From positions 103,664,001 to 103,728,000 of the forward strand of contig OZ024740.1 of NCBI GenBank assembly GCA_964016885.1: a stretch of DNA of 64,000 nucleotides. The letters run 5' to 3'. Below the pieces are notes generated by a model that worked only from the letters and a program-made list of their open reading frames with translations, did no database searches and was not told the origin of the DNA. The translations under genes and the position numbers were made by a program. Of this stretch, positions 28,845 to 41,386 are shown one piece after another (within the stretch, counting starts at the first letter, position 1; each line of letters begins with the position of its first letter). The DNA is from Eledone cirrhosa. Its lineage: Eukaryota.

Positions 28845-29225
28845 TACTTTTTAGCTCTTAATCCGTCTTGTTCTGTCAGGAACATAAGTCAACCAATCGT
28901 CTCCAACACTGTCGGTCGGTCGCAGCTTGCTGCCAGGTGATGATGGTTTGTAGGTTGCTTTGGAATGTCCACTGCCAGGTCATCTTCAGTCTGCTTTTTT
29001 TCTGCTTGTGTTCAAAGGGAGTCCATGCCATCCCCTTTTTTGATGTGCAGTGTTCTGGGAGGCACAGAATGTGACCCGCAAAATGAAACCGATGCTCTGT
29101 GACGATCTCCCGTAGTGTACGTGACCCTGCTCTCTGCAGGATCTCTTTGTTTCTAACCCAATCATGCCAGGTGACCATTAGAATCTTATGTAGGCACCTT
29201 TGATGGAAAGTGTTTAGATGCCTAT
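28845..29225 (-). mobile_element. Old 3' fragment of a second RTE-type LINE family
   Basis: ..CLHKILMVTWHDWVRNKEILQRAG..HRFHFAGHILCLPEH..KMTWQ..DRQCWR. Confidence 0.75.
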
Positions 29226-30053
29226 CTGTCTTGATATATACTCTTTGCGTAACCTTAACGCTTTCTTTCTATTTCTTCTTTGTTCCCTCCCACTCTCTCC
29301 ATGTTTCACTCACACTTGCTCAGTTTTCTTTCTTTACATTTTCTTCTGCCCATCCCCTAATCTTTCAAACCTTAGATTCAGTAGCTAGCAGATCTATTGT
29401 TATTAGGTTTCAACTATATTCCTTTAATGAAAGTCAACATTTTCCCATCTTTCCACCATTATAACCTGTTGCACATTTTACAATGTCTTTTGTCTTAATT
29501 CACTCACAAGTCTCTCATTTATTTATTTCTAGTCGTAATATTTTCATGTAATGTATTTATTCTGTTTTTCTCGAAAGACACCTGTAAATTTTTCTGTCCA
29601 TTCTTTGTTGTGTGTGTGTGTGTATGTATGCAAACATACACACATATTTATATATATAAATGACAACAATAAATATGTTGGAAATTATACTCATGAAATT
29701 AACAAGTAAATGGCTAAGCATTCCACAGACATGTGCAACCATAATGTAATTCTCAAGGTGATTCAGCATGACATAACATGACAAGGCAGACCCATTGAAT
29801 TACAGATGCAGTTCATTTGATGGCATTCCAAACAGTTTTCGTCTACCCAACTTCACTTACAAAGCATTAGTCAACCCCAGGCTAGGGTAAATAACATTTG
29901 TCCATGATGCCATGTGGGGCAATTCAGCCTGGGACCTAATCATTGTGAAGCAAACTTCTAAACAATTCAGCCATGCTGTGTCTACATAAATGAAATATAG
30001 AATTGTGATTGTACAAGCAGTACAAACATAGTAGTAGCGTAAGTGGTACATAC

Positions 30054-30129
30054 GTGTATCCTTCAAAATCACTACTTGTGATGGCAGCAATGAGTTGTTC
30101 AGTCAACTTTATGATTTCTTGTTTGCGAC
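30054..30129 (-). CDS. CaMKII: CaMKII first hub-domain exon
   Basis: CATCACAG|..|GTATGT, 76 nt. Encodes xRKQEIIKLTEQLIAAITSSDFEGYT and splices in frame to 25801. Confidence 0.97.
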
Positions 30130-30625
30130 CTGTGATGGAAAGTTAGAAAGAAACCAAGATGAAACACCAAGGTAGCAATAAACCTGAAGCTGGGCACAGT
30201 TAATGAGGGGTAACGTGGATAAAATACATAGATGGAATTTCAAATATGGTGTAAAGATATTATACACAACCTTAAAGTATAGGAAGATATATACTACCTT
30301 TGATAAATTTAAGAAAATCATGATCTCAAGACATATATCTCTGATGTAATTTATGTTCTCATTATTACAAAAACATATATATCTTTGTTGGAAGATCATA
30401 GTTTGGTATTAAGATGATATATAACTAAGATGGAATCTTACACTTTTGTAGTAATAATTTCAATAAATAAATAAACAAAATAAAATAAGAAAAAAAAAAG
30501 AAAACAAAAGTGCAACAACAAAGAATTAGCAAAAGAATGATATAATAGACATTTTTGTTGGATGGAGGAGGGGGATTAAAAAACTTAAAATAATTAAAAA
30601 CAATATCATATGGAAAGAAATTAAT

Positions 30626-30810
30626 TGTTTCTACTTTTTGGCACAAGGCCAGCAATTACCCAGTGCATTACTGGTACTTTATTTTATTGACCCCGTAAGG
30701 ATGAAAGGCAAAGTCAACCTCGGCGGGATTTGAACTCAGATCGTAAAGGGACGTAACTATGCTGGAAAGCATGGCGTCCGACCCTCTACCGATACTGCCA
30801 ATCCACCGCC
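30626..30810 (-). mobile_element. SINE family 2, full length
   Basis: tRNA-like head with B box GAGTTCAAATCCC. Target-site duplication TATGGAAAGAAATTAAT at 30609-30625 and 30814-30830. Confidence 0.9.
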
Positions 30811-31300
30811 CTTTATGGAAAGAAATTAATGATAGAGAAACAGTGATAATATGGTCACAGCTCCTGACCAAAATATGTTGAAATCTGGATGATAAACAAC
30901 AAATGATAGAAACAATGATGAAGCAAAAATAAAATATATATAAAACAGAAAATAAACGTAAGAATGTAATTTGATATATTCGGGGAAATTTATTCATAGC
31001 TTTCTTAATGCAAACTTACAGAATAACGCTTTCACAACACAATAAAAAGAAAAGGTAGAAAAACAACACAGATATTAATTTTACATTTGAACTGCAATAA
31101 AAAAAAAATTAAAATAGTGATTATAGAAGATTATTGCAACAACAATAACAACAACATGCAGCAAAGATTTAAAAGATAAAACTTAATGAATATATCTTAA
31201 TTCATTAGTTAATATTAATGACAAATGAGATTAGCACTTTAAAGATACAGAGTAGGAACTGGCAGGTTAGGGATTGCAGTACACACATACATGTATGTGC

Positions 31301-31349
<49 letters not shown>

Positions 31350-31367
31350 CATACATACATGTATATA

Positions 31368-31668
31368 TCATCATCATCATCGTTTAACGTCAATCTTCCA
31401 CGCTAGCATGGTTTAGATGGAAGTTGTCCCAATTTGAGGCAAGATTGGTTGGGTGACCGTGTCTTGCTCATATAGGACTATCTGGCAGGCTTTCTACGGC
31501 TGGATGCCCTTCCTAACACCAACCACATTAACAGTGTGGACTGGGAACTTTTTACCGTGTTACCTACACAGCCACATTGCAGCGTAGACTGTGTGTTTGT
31601 TTTTGTCATGACACCTACACGATCTCGATCTCATTAATTTGGACTGGATGTTGTGGTACCAACTTTAC
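31368..31668 (-). mobile_element. RTE 3'-UTR fragment
   Basis: Closely matches 21345-21645. Confidence 0.88.
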
Positions 31669-31870
31669 AATATTTATATATCTATATATATATACACCGA
31701 CAGTTGATCGACAAGATCCCAGACCCCATTCGCTTAATGAGTGGGGTTGTATGATGTCGCAAAGAAATACCTATGATTCCTAGCAGACAACTGACGATGG
31801 ATATTCCTCTCTTTCACCCATAACTTTTATTTTTCATTATACTTAATTGCAACCACACAGCTCGCCATTT

Positions 31871-31903
<33 letters not shown>

Positions 31904-32230
31904 ATCTATCTATATATATACACTCACACACACATAAGAAATAACTCAGATTATCAAGTTTGAATCATATCAATAATTATACAGCTGTATATTCTATCTT
32001 TCAAATCTGTCATTCTTATTGTAGTTACACATCATACTTCATCGGACCCCCATTTTTAATACCCTAAATCTCATACACACATTTTCCCTGTTCACTTTTC
32101 TGGTCATAATTTACTTTTGCTGTTATACAACAGCCTCCTACTTAAAAAATATCTACTTTACCATGACAGCAAATAAATACATGTAGCCAATTATTATGTG
32201 TATACATGAATGTGTGTGCATATATAATTC

Positions 32231-32484
32231 TAACGTCTGTTCAACACAGTTGATCACTACCTTAGGTTTGAAAGCATGTCCCTGTATTAGCCATAACATT
32301 TTATTATGGTTTAACTTGGAACAGCTTTTTATTAGGCGAGTAGATAAGTTTATCTAGATTAGAGAGCTTATCTACTTGACTGATAAAAAATGTTCCAAAT
32401 TCGACCATAATAAAAGTTTATGGTTAATACAGGAGCATGCTTTGAAACCTAATGTAGTGATCAACTGGATTGAGCAGACATTAA
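32231..32484. repeat. ~255-bp foldback element
   Basis: TAACGTCTGTTCAACACAGTTGATCACTAC.. pairs with ..GTAGTGATCAACTGGATTGAGCAGACATTA. Confidence 0.9.
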
Positions 32485-32562
32485 TAATAATTCAGCTCTC
32501 TTGATAACATAGAGCTCTCTTTTCTATGAAAACCCTTGACACTACATGTTTATATACATATA

Positions 32563-32616
<54 letters not shown>

Positions 32617-32619
32617 AAT

Positions 32620-32966
32620 GGTGGCACATGGCTTAGTGGTTAGAGCATTGGCCTTGCAATCGAAAGGTTGTGAGTTCAATTCTCAGACCGGGTGATGTGT
32701 TGTTTCCTTGAGCAAGACACTTTATTTCACATTGCTCCAGTTTACTCAGCTGTAGAAATGAGATGATAGGGACTGAGGTCCATATCATTCCACTGCAAAG
32801 TGGTCGTGGAGGTCCCACGGTAAAAAAGCACCCAGCACTCACTGTAAATGAGGTTGGTGTTAGGAAGGGCATCCAGCTGTAGAAATCAAGCCAGAATCAG
32901 TTCCCGTCCCACCCTTGCAAGCAGGGAAAAAGCGGACGTAAAATGAAATGATGATGATGATGAAAT
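32620..32966 (+). mobile_element. SINE family 1, full length
   Basis: TGGCTTAGTGGTTAGAGCA (A box), GAGTTCAATTC (B box), CCTTGAGCAAGACACTT, GGTTGGTGTTAGGAAGGGCATCC, (ATG)n tail. Confidence 0.92.
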
Positions 32967-33533
32967 GATATATGTTTGAGTATGTGTTTATATATATATA
33001 TACACACTCACATACGTATATATAGTTTGTAAAAAAAAAGAACACAGAAAGCTGTCTGATATGATATATTTCACTGAAATTTGCCTTCCTCGGGGTTAAA
33101 GTTCAGCATTCATTATTCTAGTCTCTGTTTGTTGTTTGCGGAAGAAAGAGTAATATCCATTGAAAATGTGGGGCAAGACAGAAGTCCTGTTGAATTATTG
33201 CTACAACAACCCTAAGACAGACAATTCAATTCCAACTCATTACAATTAGCTGACTCATTGTATGTCAATATACCATTTTTTCCAATTCAAACAACCATTT
33301 AAGACCATTGTTGTTTAGCATTCTGTGCTAGAATGGAGGGGTAGAAATATGAATGAATTCCAGATTTTAATTTTAGCACTTCTGGAGGTTGGCAGGTTTG
33401 GTCAAAATATAGTGAAAAATATAATTTTACATTTCTGTAAGATATTTTTTTATGCATCAAAATGGCCTTTTGAACAAAAAAATCTGAAACATGTTGCTTC
33501 AAAATTTTTTAAATGATTTATGTATTATATATA

Positions 33534-33564
<31 letters not shown>

Positions 33565-33566
33565 TA

Positions 33567-34218
33567 ATTTCAAAAACATTGAAGTTTCAAAGCATTATCA
33601 AACTGAGATATATTTCAGCCACCTTAAAATGTCTACCCTATTATAATTCTAAAATTTTTTAATTTTATAACTTAACCTAAAGTTATTGATTTAGAATCAG
33701 TATCATCAGAGTTTATCAAAGGCTTCCTCAATATTTGTTAAAAGTTCATTACATTGAAGCACTCATTTATTATTCATTATGTTAACAGTTTACGGCGGTG
33801 GATTGGCAGTATCGGTAGAAAGTCGGACGCCATGCTTTCCAGCATAGTTACGTCCCTTTACGGTCAACTTTGTCTTTCATCCTTACGGGGTCGATAAAAT
33901 AAAGTACCAGTAATGTACTGGGTAATTGCTGGCCTTGTGCCAAAAGTAGAAACAATTATGTTAACAGTTTACAAGAACATTAAATTTTTTTTATTTTAAT
34001 TCCAAAAATTTCAAAAATATTTTTTGAAATTGCTTTTAAAATTTTTTTTGCCTTTGATAAACTCTGATGATGTTGATTCTAAATCAACATCTGTGGGTTA
34101 AGTTATAAAATTAAAAAATGTTGGTATTATAATATTATGGCCCAAGGGTGGAAATTTTAAGGCAGCAGCAACATATGTCAGTTTGATAATGCTTTGAATC
34201 TTCAGTGTTTTTGAAATA
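33567..34218. repeat. Foldback element with ~160-bp arms and a SINE inserted in its loop
   Basis: 33567-33723 is inverted at ~34050-34218. Confidence 0.85.
33794..33954 (+). mobile_element. SINE family 2 (B-box region deleted)
   Basis: 18-bp target-site duplication ATTATGTTAACAGTTTAC at 33776-33793 and 33955-33972. Confidence 0.9.
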
Positions 34219-34300
34219 AATATATAACAGCACTGCATGACCTCCACTGCATTGAGCTTTAATCAACTGGTAAATATGTGTGTATATATATTTGTGTATA

Positions 34301-34361
<61 letters not shown>

Positions 34362-34454
34362 GTGTATGTATTGAGCTTTAATCAACTGGTAAAGGAGTGT
34401 AACTACTCCAGTTAATATTAATACTACTATTATATATATAAGGGTGTATATATA

Positions 34455-34561
<107 letters not shown>

Positions 34562-34809
34562 ATGTATATATATCTATATCTATGTGTGTGTGTGTGTGTA
34601 TATGTATATATATATATGTATATATGTGTGTGTATATTGATATATATATTGATTTATTCATTGAACCTTGTTTAACTTTTAAATATATATATATGTGATT
34701 CCAGTTCCTCAGTGAAATAACAACCCAACCAGGAACTGGGCATATCAGAGTATTGACAAAGTTAAACACCTCAACAACATGTGTACTCGTCTCTACCACA
34801 CTAATTCGG

Positions 34810-34864
34810 ACTGCCTGAAGAGGTCACAGCCAAAGATGGCTGTCACCGAAATATATATAGCAGT
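34810..34864 (+). ncRNA. Minimal type I HHR (family shared with 21028)
   Basis: ACUGC-CUGAAGA-GGUCACAGCC AAAGAU GGCUGUCACC-GAAAU-AUAU-AUA-GCAGU, with palindromic loop III. Confidence 0.85.
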
Positions 34865-35301
34865 AATAAACGAAGCCAAATTTTAAACATTTGACTTATT
34901 TATTTTAGTTTATTTTACATTAATCCAGAGTAACCAAAGCAACCTGCGCACTTCGTTGAGTGCTCCAATCTGCATACTGAGGTGTTGGTATACAACCAAC
35001 ATATACGCAAAATATATATATATATTTATTAAAATAACAGATTAAAGTTTAAGCAAAGAATCGCTGCTTTCACCCTTAACGGGATCTTCTGAAACTGACA
35101 AAGTCAATCTGTAAATGCGGAAGTGAATATTTAAAAAAACGTTGCAACCGGAGGAAGACGATACTTTGGTTCGTGGAAACGGTCCCTGGCAAAGAACGGG
35201 AAAAAACGAATATAATATTTGCTCTACAGTTCTTATATATTTGATATATATTTATCCTTATCGAGCCCTCTTTGGATTTTTGTATTCAAATTTATTATTA
35301 T

Positions 35302-35335
<34 letters not shown>

Positions 35336-35380
35336 CAATTGATATTAAATAAATAGAAACTATATTTATAAAACCATATT

Positions 35381-35443
35381 TATTCTATTATATATATTTC
35401 AAGGGTACCAAAAAATTTTTGTATGCTATCATCAGATAAAATA
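35381..35443 (-). ncRNA. Degenerate HHR, homolog of 3865-3930
   Basis: UAUUUUAU-CUGAUGA-(eroded stem II)-GAAAU-AUAU-AUA-AUAGAAUA. Flanks 35340-35575 resemble the reverse complement of 3690-3972. Confidence 0.6.
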
Positions 35444-35575
35444 CAAAATGTTTTATAAATATTTGACATGACCAAGGATGATATACCTTAACGGCTCAAG
35501 TTATCCCTGGAAAGTGCTTTGAATCAGTTGTAAACGTCTATATTTGTTGGATTTCCAACAAATTAAATATCTCTT

Positions 35576-35623
<48 letters not shown>

Positions 35624-35719
35624 ATATATATATATGTATGTGTTGTTATTTCTGTTTACCTTTTACATACATATATTTATGTATATTTACATATATATAT
35701 GTATATATACATATATATA

Positions 35720-35754
<35 letters not shown>

Positions 35755-35783
35755 ACACACACATGTATATATATACATATATA

Positions 35784-36687
35784 CGAGGTGTGTCAGAAAA
35801 GTTCCAGGACTGATGTCACAAAAGATTTATTTCAAACCCAAACTTCACACTAAGAGTTTTCTCCTTCAAAGTAATCCCCCTTATGTAACTGTAGTCTTAG
35901 CTCTCTGCAGCGATCAAACTTTTTTCTTCATAATTTTATATACATGTCCTCTGTTTCAGGTCGTCAAGCAATGAGCACAGAGCAACGAACAAACTTGAAG
36001 TTTCTGGTATGGTTGGGGAAAACTCTGTCAGAAGCACTGGGATTGCTGCAGCAAGTGTATGGAGATGAGACGATGTCACGCTCACGTGTTTTTGAGTGGT
36101 GCAAGAGGTTTAAAGAAGGACGCGAGGATGTAGAAGATGACCCCAGGAGCGGAAGGCCCTCAACAACCAAGACTGAGGTCAACTTTGAGCGCGTTAGGCA
36201 GATGGTGCGTAGCGATCGTCGGCTGACTGTTCGGCTGACTGTTCGACTGATGGAAAATGAGCTGGGCATGAATTGGGACAGTGTCTGGAAGATTCTCACT
36301 GAAGATTTGGACATGCGGAAAGTCTGCGCGAAGATGGTGCCAAAACTGCTGAACGATGACCAGAAGGGTCGATGCATGCAAGTGTGCCAGGACATCCTCG
36401 AGCGTCTTGAAACCGAACTAGACTTGCTAGGGACAGTCATCACTGGTGATGAGTCATGGATCTTCGAGTACGACCCACAGGGGACCCGTTTTGAAGACGT
36501 GGACGACATCAAAAAGGCTGTGAAGACGGAACTGCGGAGGATCCCGGAAGAATCCTTCCAGGAGTGCATGCAAGGGTGGCAGAAATGAATGGAAAAGTGC
36601 ATTAGACTCTAGAACTCCCAGTGTGAAGTTTGGGTTTGAAATAAATCTTTTGTGACATCAGTCCTGGAACTTTTCTGACACACCTCG
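35784..36687 (+). mobile_element. Internally deleted mariner transposon
   Basis: 68-bp perfect TIRs (35784-35851, 36620-36687) and flanking TA. ORF 35971-36588 has the HTH, RSGRPST, KVCAKMVPK and TGDESW, then jumps to the C-terminal GTRFEDVDDIK, so most of the catalytic domain is missing. Confidence 0.95.
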
Positions 36688-36713
36688 TATATATACGTAT
36701 ATATATCTATACA

Positions 36714-36982
36714 TATTGAGTACTCTGGTGTGTTATGGTCCATCTGGTTCCTTACTACACTTCCTTCATTATGTGTATATATATAACAAAGGAAGAGTGG
36801 TAAGGAACCAGATGGACCTTAACGCACCAGAGTACTCAATACTTAGGGTAGTAGAGTGGGTAATAGGAAAATGTTTGACCCCGATGGTAGAGCTCAAGCC
36901 GTTTCGATGGCTATTTCAGGCTAGTCCAGAAATAGTCGTCAAAACGGCTTGAGCTCTGCTGTCGGGCCAAACATTTTCCTAT
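36714..36982. repeat. Double-hairpin foldback element; inverted partial copy at 47225-47400
   Basis: Hairpins at 36714-36841 and 36863-36982. Confidence 0.9.
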
Positions 36983-37114
36983 ATATATATATATATCTAT
37001 ATATAATACATTTATGCATCATCACATTTCATTTTATGTGAAATTTTATTTAGCAAATTTCAATATCAGTTACAGTTAATTTCTTTCTAATAAAGCAATA
37101 AAAAGACTGTGTGT

Positions 37115-37876
37115 ATGTACATATATATATATATACACACACATACATACATATATATACACACACATACATACATATATATACACACACATACATACAT
37201 ATATATATATACACACACACATACATATATATATATACACACACATACATACATGTATATATATACACACATACATATATATATATATACACACACATAC
37301 ATACATATATATACACACACATACATATATATACACACACATACATATATATATATATACACACACACATACATATATATATATACACACACATACATAC
37401 ATGTATATATATACACACATACATACATATATATATATATACACACACATACATACATATATATATATATACACACACATACATACATATATATATACAC
37501 ACACATACATACATATATATATATATACACACACATACATACATATATATATATATACACACACATACATACATATATATATATACACACACATACATAC
37601 ATATATATATATACACACACATACATACATATATATATACACACACATACATACATATATATATATATATACACACACATACATACATATATATATATAT
37701 ATACACACACATACATACATATATATATATATACACACACATACATACATATATATATACACACACATACATACATATATATATACACACACATACATAC
37801 ATATATATATATATACACACACATACATACATATATATATATATACACACACATACATACATATATATATACACAC

Positions 37877-37907
<31 letters not shown>

Positions 37908-37964
37908 CACACACATACATACATATATATATATATACATATACACATACATACATATATATAC
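37115..37964. repeat. Compound minisatellite (TA)n(CA)nTACATACA, units of roughly 22-30 bp
   Basis: Direct reading. Confidence 0.95.
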
Positions 37965-38940
37965 TCATTTCAACATGGCATATTAAAGTGTCATGTGATC
38001 AAATTTGCATAGTTAACCTGCACATTACATGACATCCCAGATTTCGTTTCACTGTGCTGTACCTAAGGCAAATGTCTTCTATCATAGCCTTGAGTTGACT
38101 CATGCCATGTGATATAAATAGGGTAGACAGTAACTTCGTAGAAGCCCATTGGATGGACTGTATACATAATTGAAAAAAAAGACAATCTTATAGACTTTAT
38201 CATGCTGAGTTTATCTGAGTAGTATATTAAAGGTACATATGTCTCTAAATTACTTAGCCACTGACTCTATAATTCAACAAGTAGGAATTTCTCTTGGTTG
38301 ATGAACTGGAACGTTCAATGTCAAAACTGGTTTGAGTGATCCATCAAACATAGACAGACAGAAAAAGTAAGAGAGTGAGAGAGGAAAAGAGTGAAGGAGA
38401 GTGAATAGAAGAATTAAGACACAAAGCAAAACAAACAAACCGAGGCAATAAACTGAAAACCTCAAAGCAAGAGTATACAGGTATGTCAGGTAGATAAATA
38501 TCTTTCCTCTGAACCCACTTGTAGTTAGTCATTGATAGTAAATACAAAATTATGGGGAAAGGGCAAAAAGTAAAAGACTTTTTTCCAGAAAAGTCTGTTT
38601 TACTGCAAATTTCAAACAGAAAAATAAAAGCTACCATGCGAAGACTCTTTCAATAATCAGAAAATATGGAAGAAAAAGAGCAGTTTTACATTATCATGCT
38701 AATTAGAAATATAAAAAATACCAGAGCAATCTGTAAACAAGTCATGCTGAATGGCAGACAAGGAAAAGTCTGGTAAAAGACATGCCAAATAAATACCTAA
38801 TCTGAGAAGTTACACAAAGCTTAGTCTATTAACCATTAACTTGATCCTTTCTAATACATACACACACACACACATATTCACTTACACACACACATTTGTA
38901 CAATTTTTTTATCTTAAGAGAAACAACTTTGCCCTCTATC

Positions 38941-39188
38941 TTTAAACTTTTTGATACAAAACGGCCTGAAATTATCCCTAGTTTTATAACACTAAACTGT
39001 TTAGCAAAAAAACAAAAAAACTTTCATCTTAATTCTATGTAAAATGTAAGGGCCTTTGTTATGTTCCAAACACCAATTTGATGATGTCAAAATTAGTTAT
39101 ATTATTAAATCTTTCCAAACTGAATTTTCAAAATAATTTGAAAAATTATAGGGAATGTCATTAGAAATCTGGTGATGAAAGAGTTAAT
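38941..39188. mobile_element. Old MITE-like repeat with TTAA ends (piggyBac-like)
   Basis: TTAAACTTTTTGATAC..GATGAAAGAGTTAA. Related copies at ~19265-19500, 25830-26050, 57950-58080 and 61140-61419. Confidence 0.5.
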
Positions 39189-41303
39189 TTGATCGACGTT
39201 GACCCACTAAACAGCTGAAACTTTATCCTTATATCCAGCTCAATGTGAAAAACATCCAATTATCTATCTACCCTTAACCTGAAGAATAACCCACATCATC
39301 CTAGACACCCACACATCACTCTCCCCACCTTGTGCTAGAAGAATGGTATATCTTTCAAATTACCTCTCTCTTTCACAGCCCTCTATTATAGTTCATAATG
39401 TAATTTTAGAAAGTAAATAAATGAAGAGTTAATTAGATGGTAACTAATTACTGGTACAATAGCAATTTAACATCATCAATTTGCTGTCCTCTACATAATG
39501 TTGTGATATTACAAATTTGAACCTTCTGTTGCTTAGTAGACTGACAATTATTTATGACAGCCACCTAGGGTAACATAGTGCCTTTGCGATAGCATACAGT
39601 CACTTTAGTCTCACTCTATAGTACATGATAACATCCTAAAAGTCATTATCTTATTACTTACTGTCTAACATATCTACAGACAGTAAGTATTGGGAAATTT
39701 CTCTATTTGAAAAGCAAAAAAAAAAAAAAAAAAATTGAGACCCACAAATTTGTTAAAATTTTTCACACATCCATAGATGTAAAACCTTGGACACATCATC
39801 CTAGAGTTAATAAGTGTTTTGGGCCTTACCACAAACACCCTAATCCAGATCACTGAACCAAGGTTGTTCAAGCCTCACTCTTTGCCCAAGTGGCATACAT
39901 ACTACTGACCCTACCAGTCATTATTCTTCAGTCATAGCCATCTTGATGCCCTCACAGCTGCTTGTATGTCCTTCCTGATAGTTCTCCTCCTGCTTACCCT
40001 TGTAATGTCCAGAAATCCATTGGCTTTGCTAAAGGAATCAGCTGCAAACCTCCACTGACATACGTCTAGTATTCTACCTTTTTCAGCAACCTCTTGTGCC
40101 CCCTCCACCCTCTTCTCCCAGACAACACTTAGCTCAACTGGAATGAGCTGTCATGTCATCTTACAAAGATGCATACAAGAAAATACAAATTTAGTTGACC
40201 TTTTTCATTTTGAATCTTATCTGAAATAGCTTCAATCTTTAGGTCATACTAATTTTTAATTTAGACACAAGGCCAGCAATTTGTGGGGGGATGGGCATGC
40301 TGCTTATACTGACCTCAGGTACTTTGTATTACTGACTTTGGAAGATGAAAGGTAAAGTTGATCTGAGCAGGATTTGAACTTTGAATGTAAACTGTCATAA
40401 ATACTACAAAGCATTTGCCTGATGCTCTAATGACTGCCAATTCACTGCCCTTGTCCAGGTCACAATAATAATATCTAATTTTAGGTACAAGGCCAGAATA
40501 ATATTTAACTTTAGGTTCAAGGCCAGCATAGTTTCTAATTTTAGCCACAAGGCCAGCACAATTTCTAAGATATCTAATTTAGGTACAGGCTAGTAATTTA
40601 TGGGAAAAGATAAATTGATTAAATCAATTGCAGTACTTGATTGGTATTTTATTTTATCAACCTCAGAAGGATGAAAGGCAAAGTTGATCTTAGTGTGATT
40701 TGAACTCAGAATGTAATGAGCCAGAAGAAATACATCAAAAGCATTTCTTCCAACACTAATAATTCTACCAATCCACTCTATCCTATCTGAGTCATAATAA
40801 TGATAATTAATAAATATAAAAGAAAGATTCAGAATACCTAAGATTCACTTGAGATGGGCTAAAAAGCTGCAGTGAGGCTCTAGATCCACAGATCCCCAGC
40901 CCCTAGCTTAAAATAAGAAAACTGATGAGATAGAATAATGATTGGTGGGATAATGACTATGGAAAAAAAAGAAGCAAACTTACTTAGCTTAATATATTCC
41001 TTGTGGAGCAGTTATCTATATCTAATGACTTAAACTTCCAAGGGAAGGGAAAGATAAAAAGATATATGATAAAATAGAAAGCAAAGAAGAGAAAAAGATT
41101 GAGAGAGAAAGAGAAGTAAAAAGAATATAAACATCATAAAGAACAGGTAAACTGTCTATATGTATAGAAAATATGGCAGTTGATTTGTTTCACAGTAACT
41201 ATAATATTTAGGTATTGTAATAGGCTTAACATTATATATATGACTGTGTGTGAGAGAGGGGTGTGTGTGTATGTGTATATATGCATATGCATGTGTGTGT
41301 GAG

Positions 41304-41335
<32 letters not shown>

Positions 41336-41355
41336 CACATATGTATGTATGTATG

Positions 41356-41386
<31 letters not shown>

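Noticed and set aside
31785-31815. CTGACGA-TGGATATTCC half hammerhead
   Set aside because: No downstream GAAA or cleavage triplet.
32620-32692. tRNA-like sequences (also ~3355, ~10120, ~52711, ~63634)
   Set aside because: SINE heads followed by SINE bodies; no complete cloverleaf.
35140-35192. HHR-like CCGGAGGAA-GACGA..TCGTG-GAAAC-GGTC
   Set aside because: Core and stem I too degenerate to call; may be a relic.
40984-41034. Minus-strand segment with a strong donor (similar case at 45591)
   Set aside because: The 3n acceptor options I tried give stop codons in phase 1.
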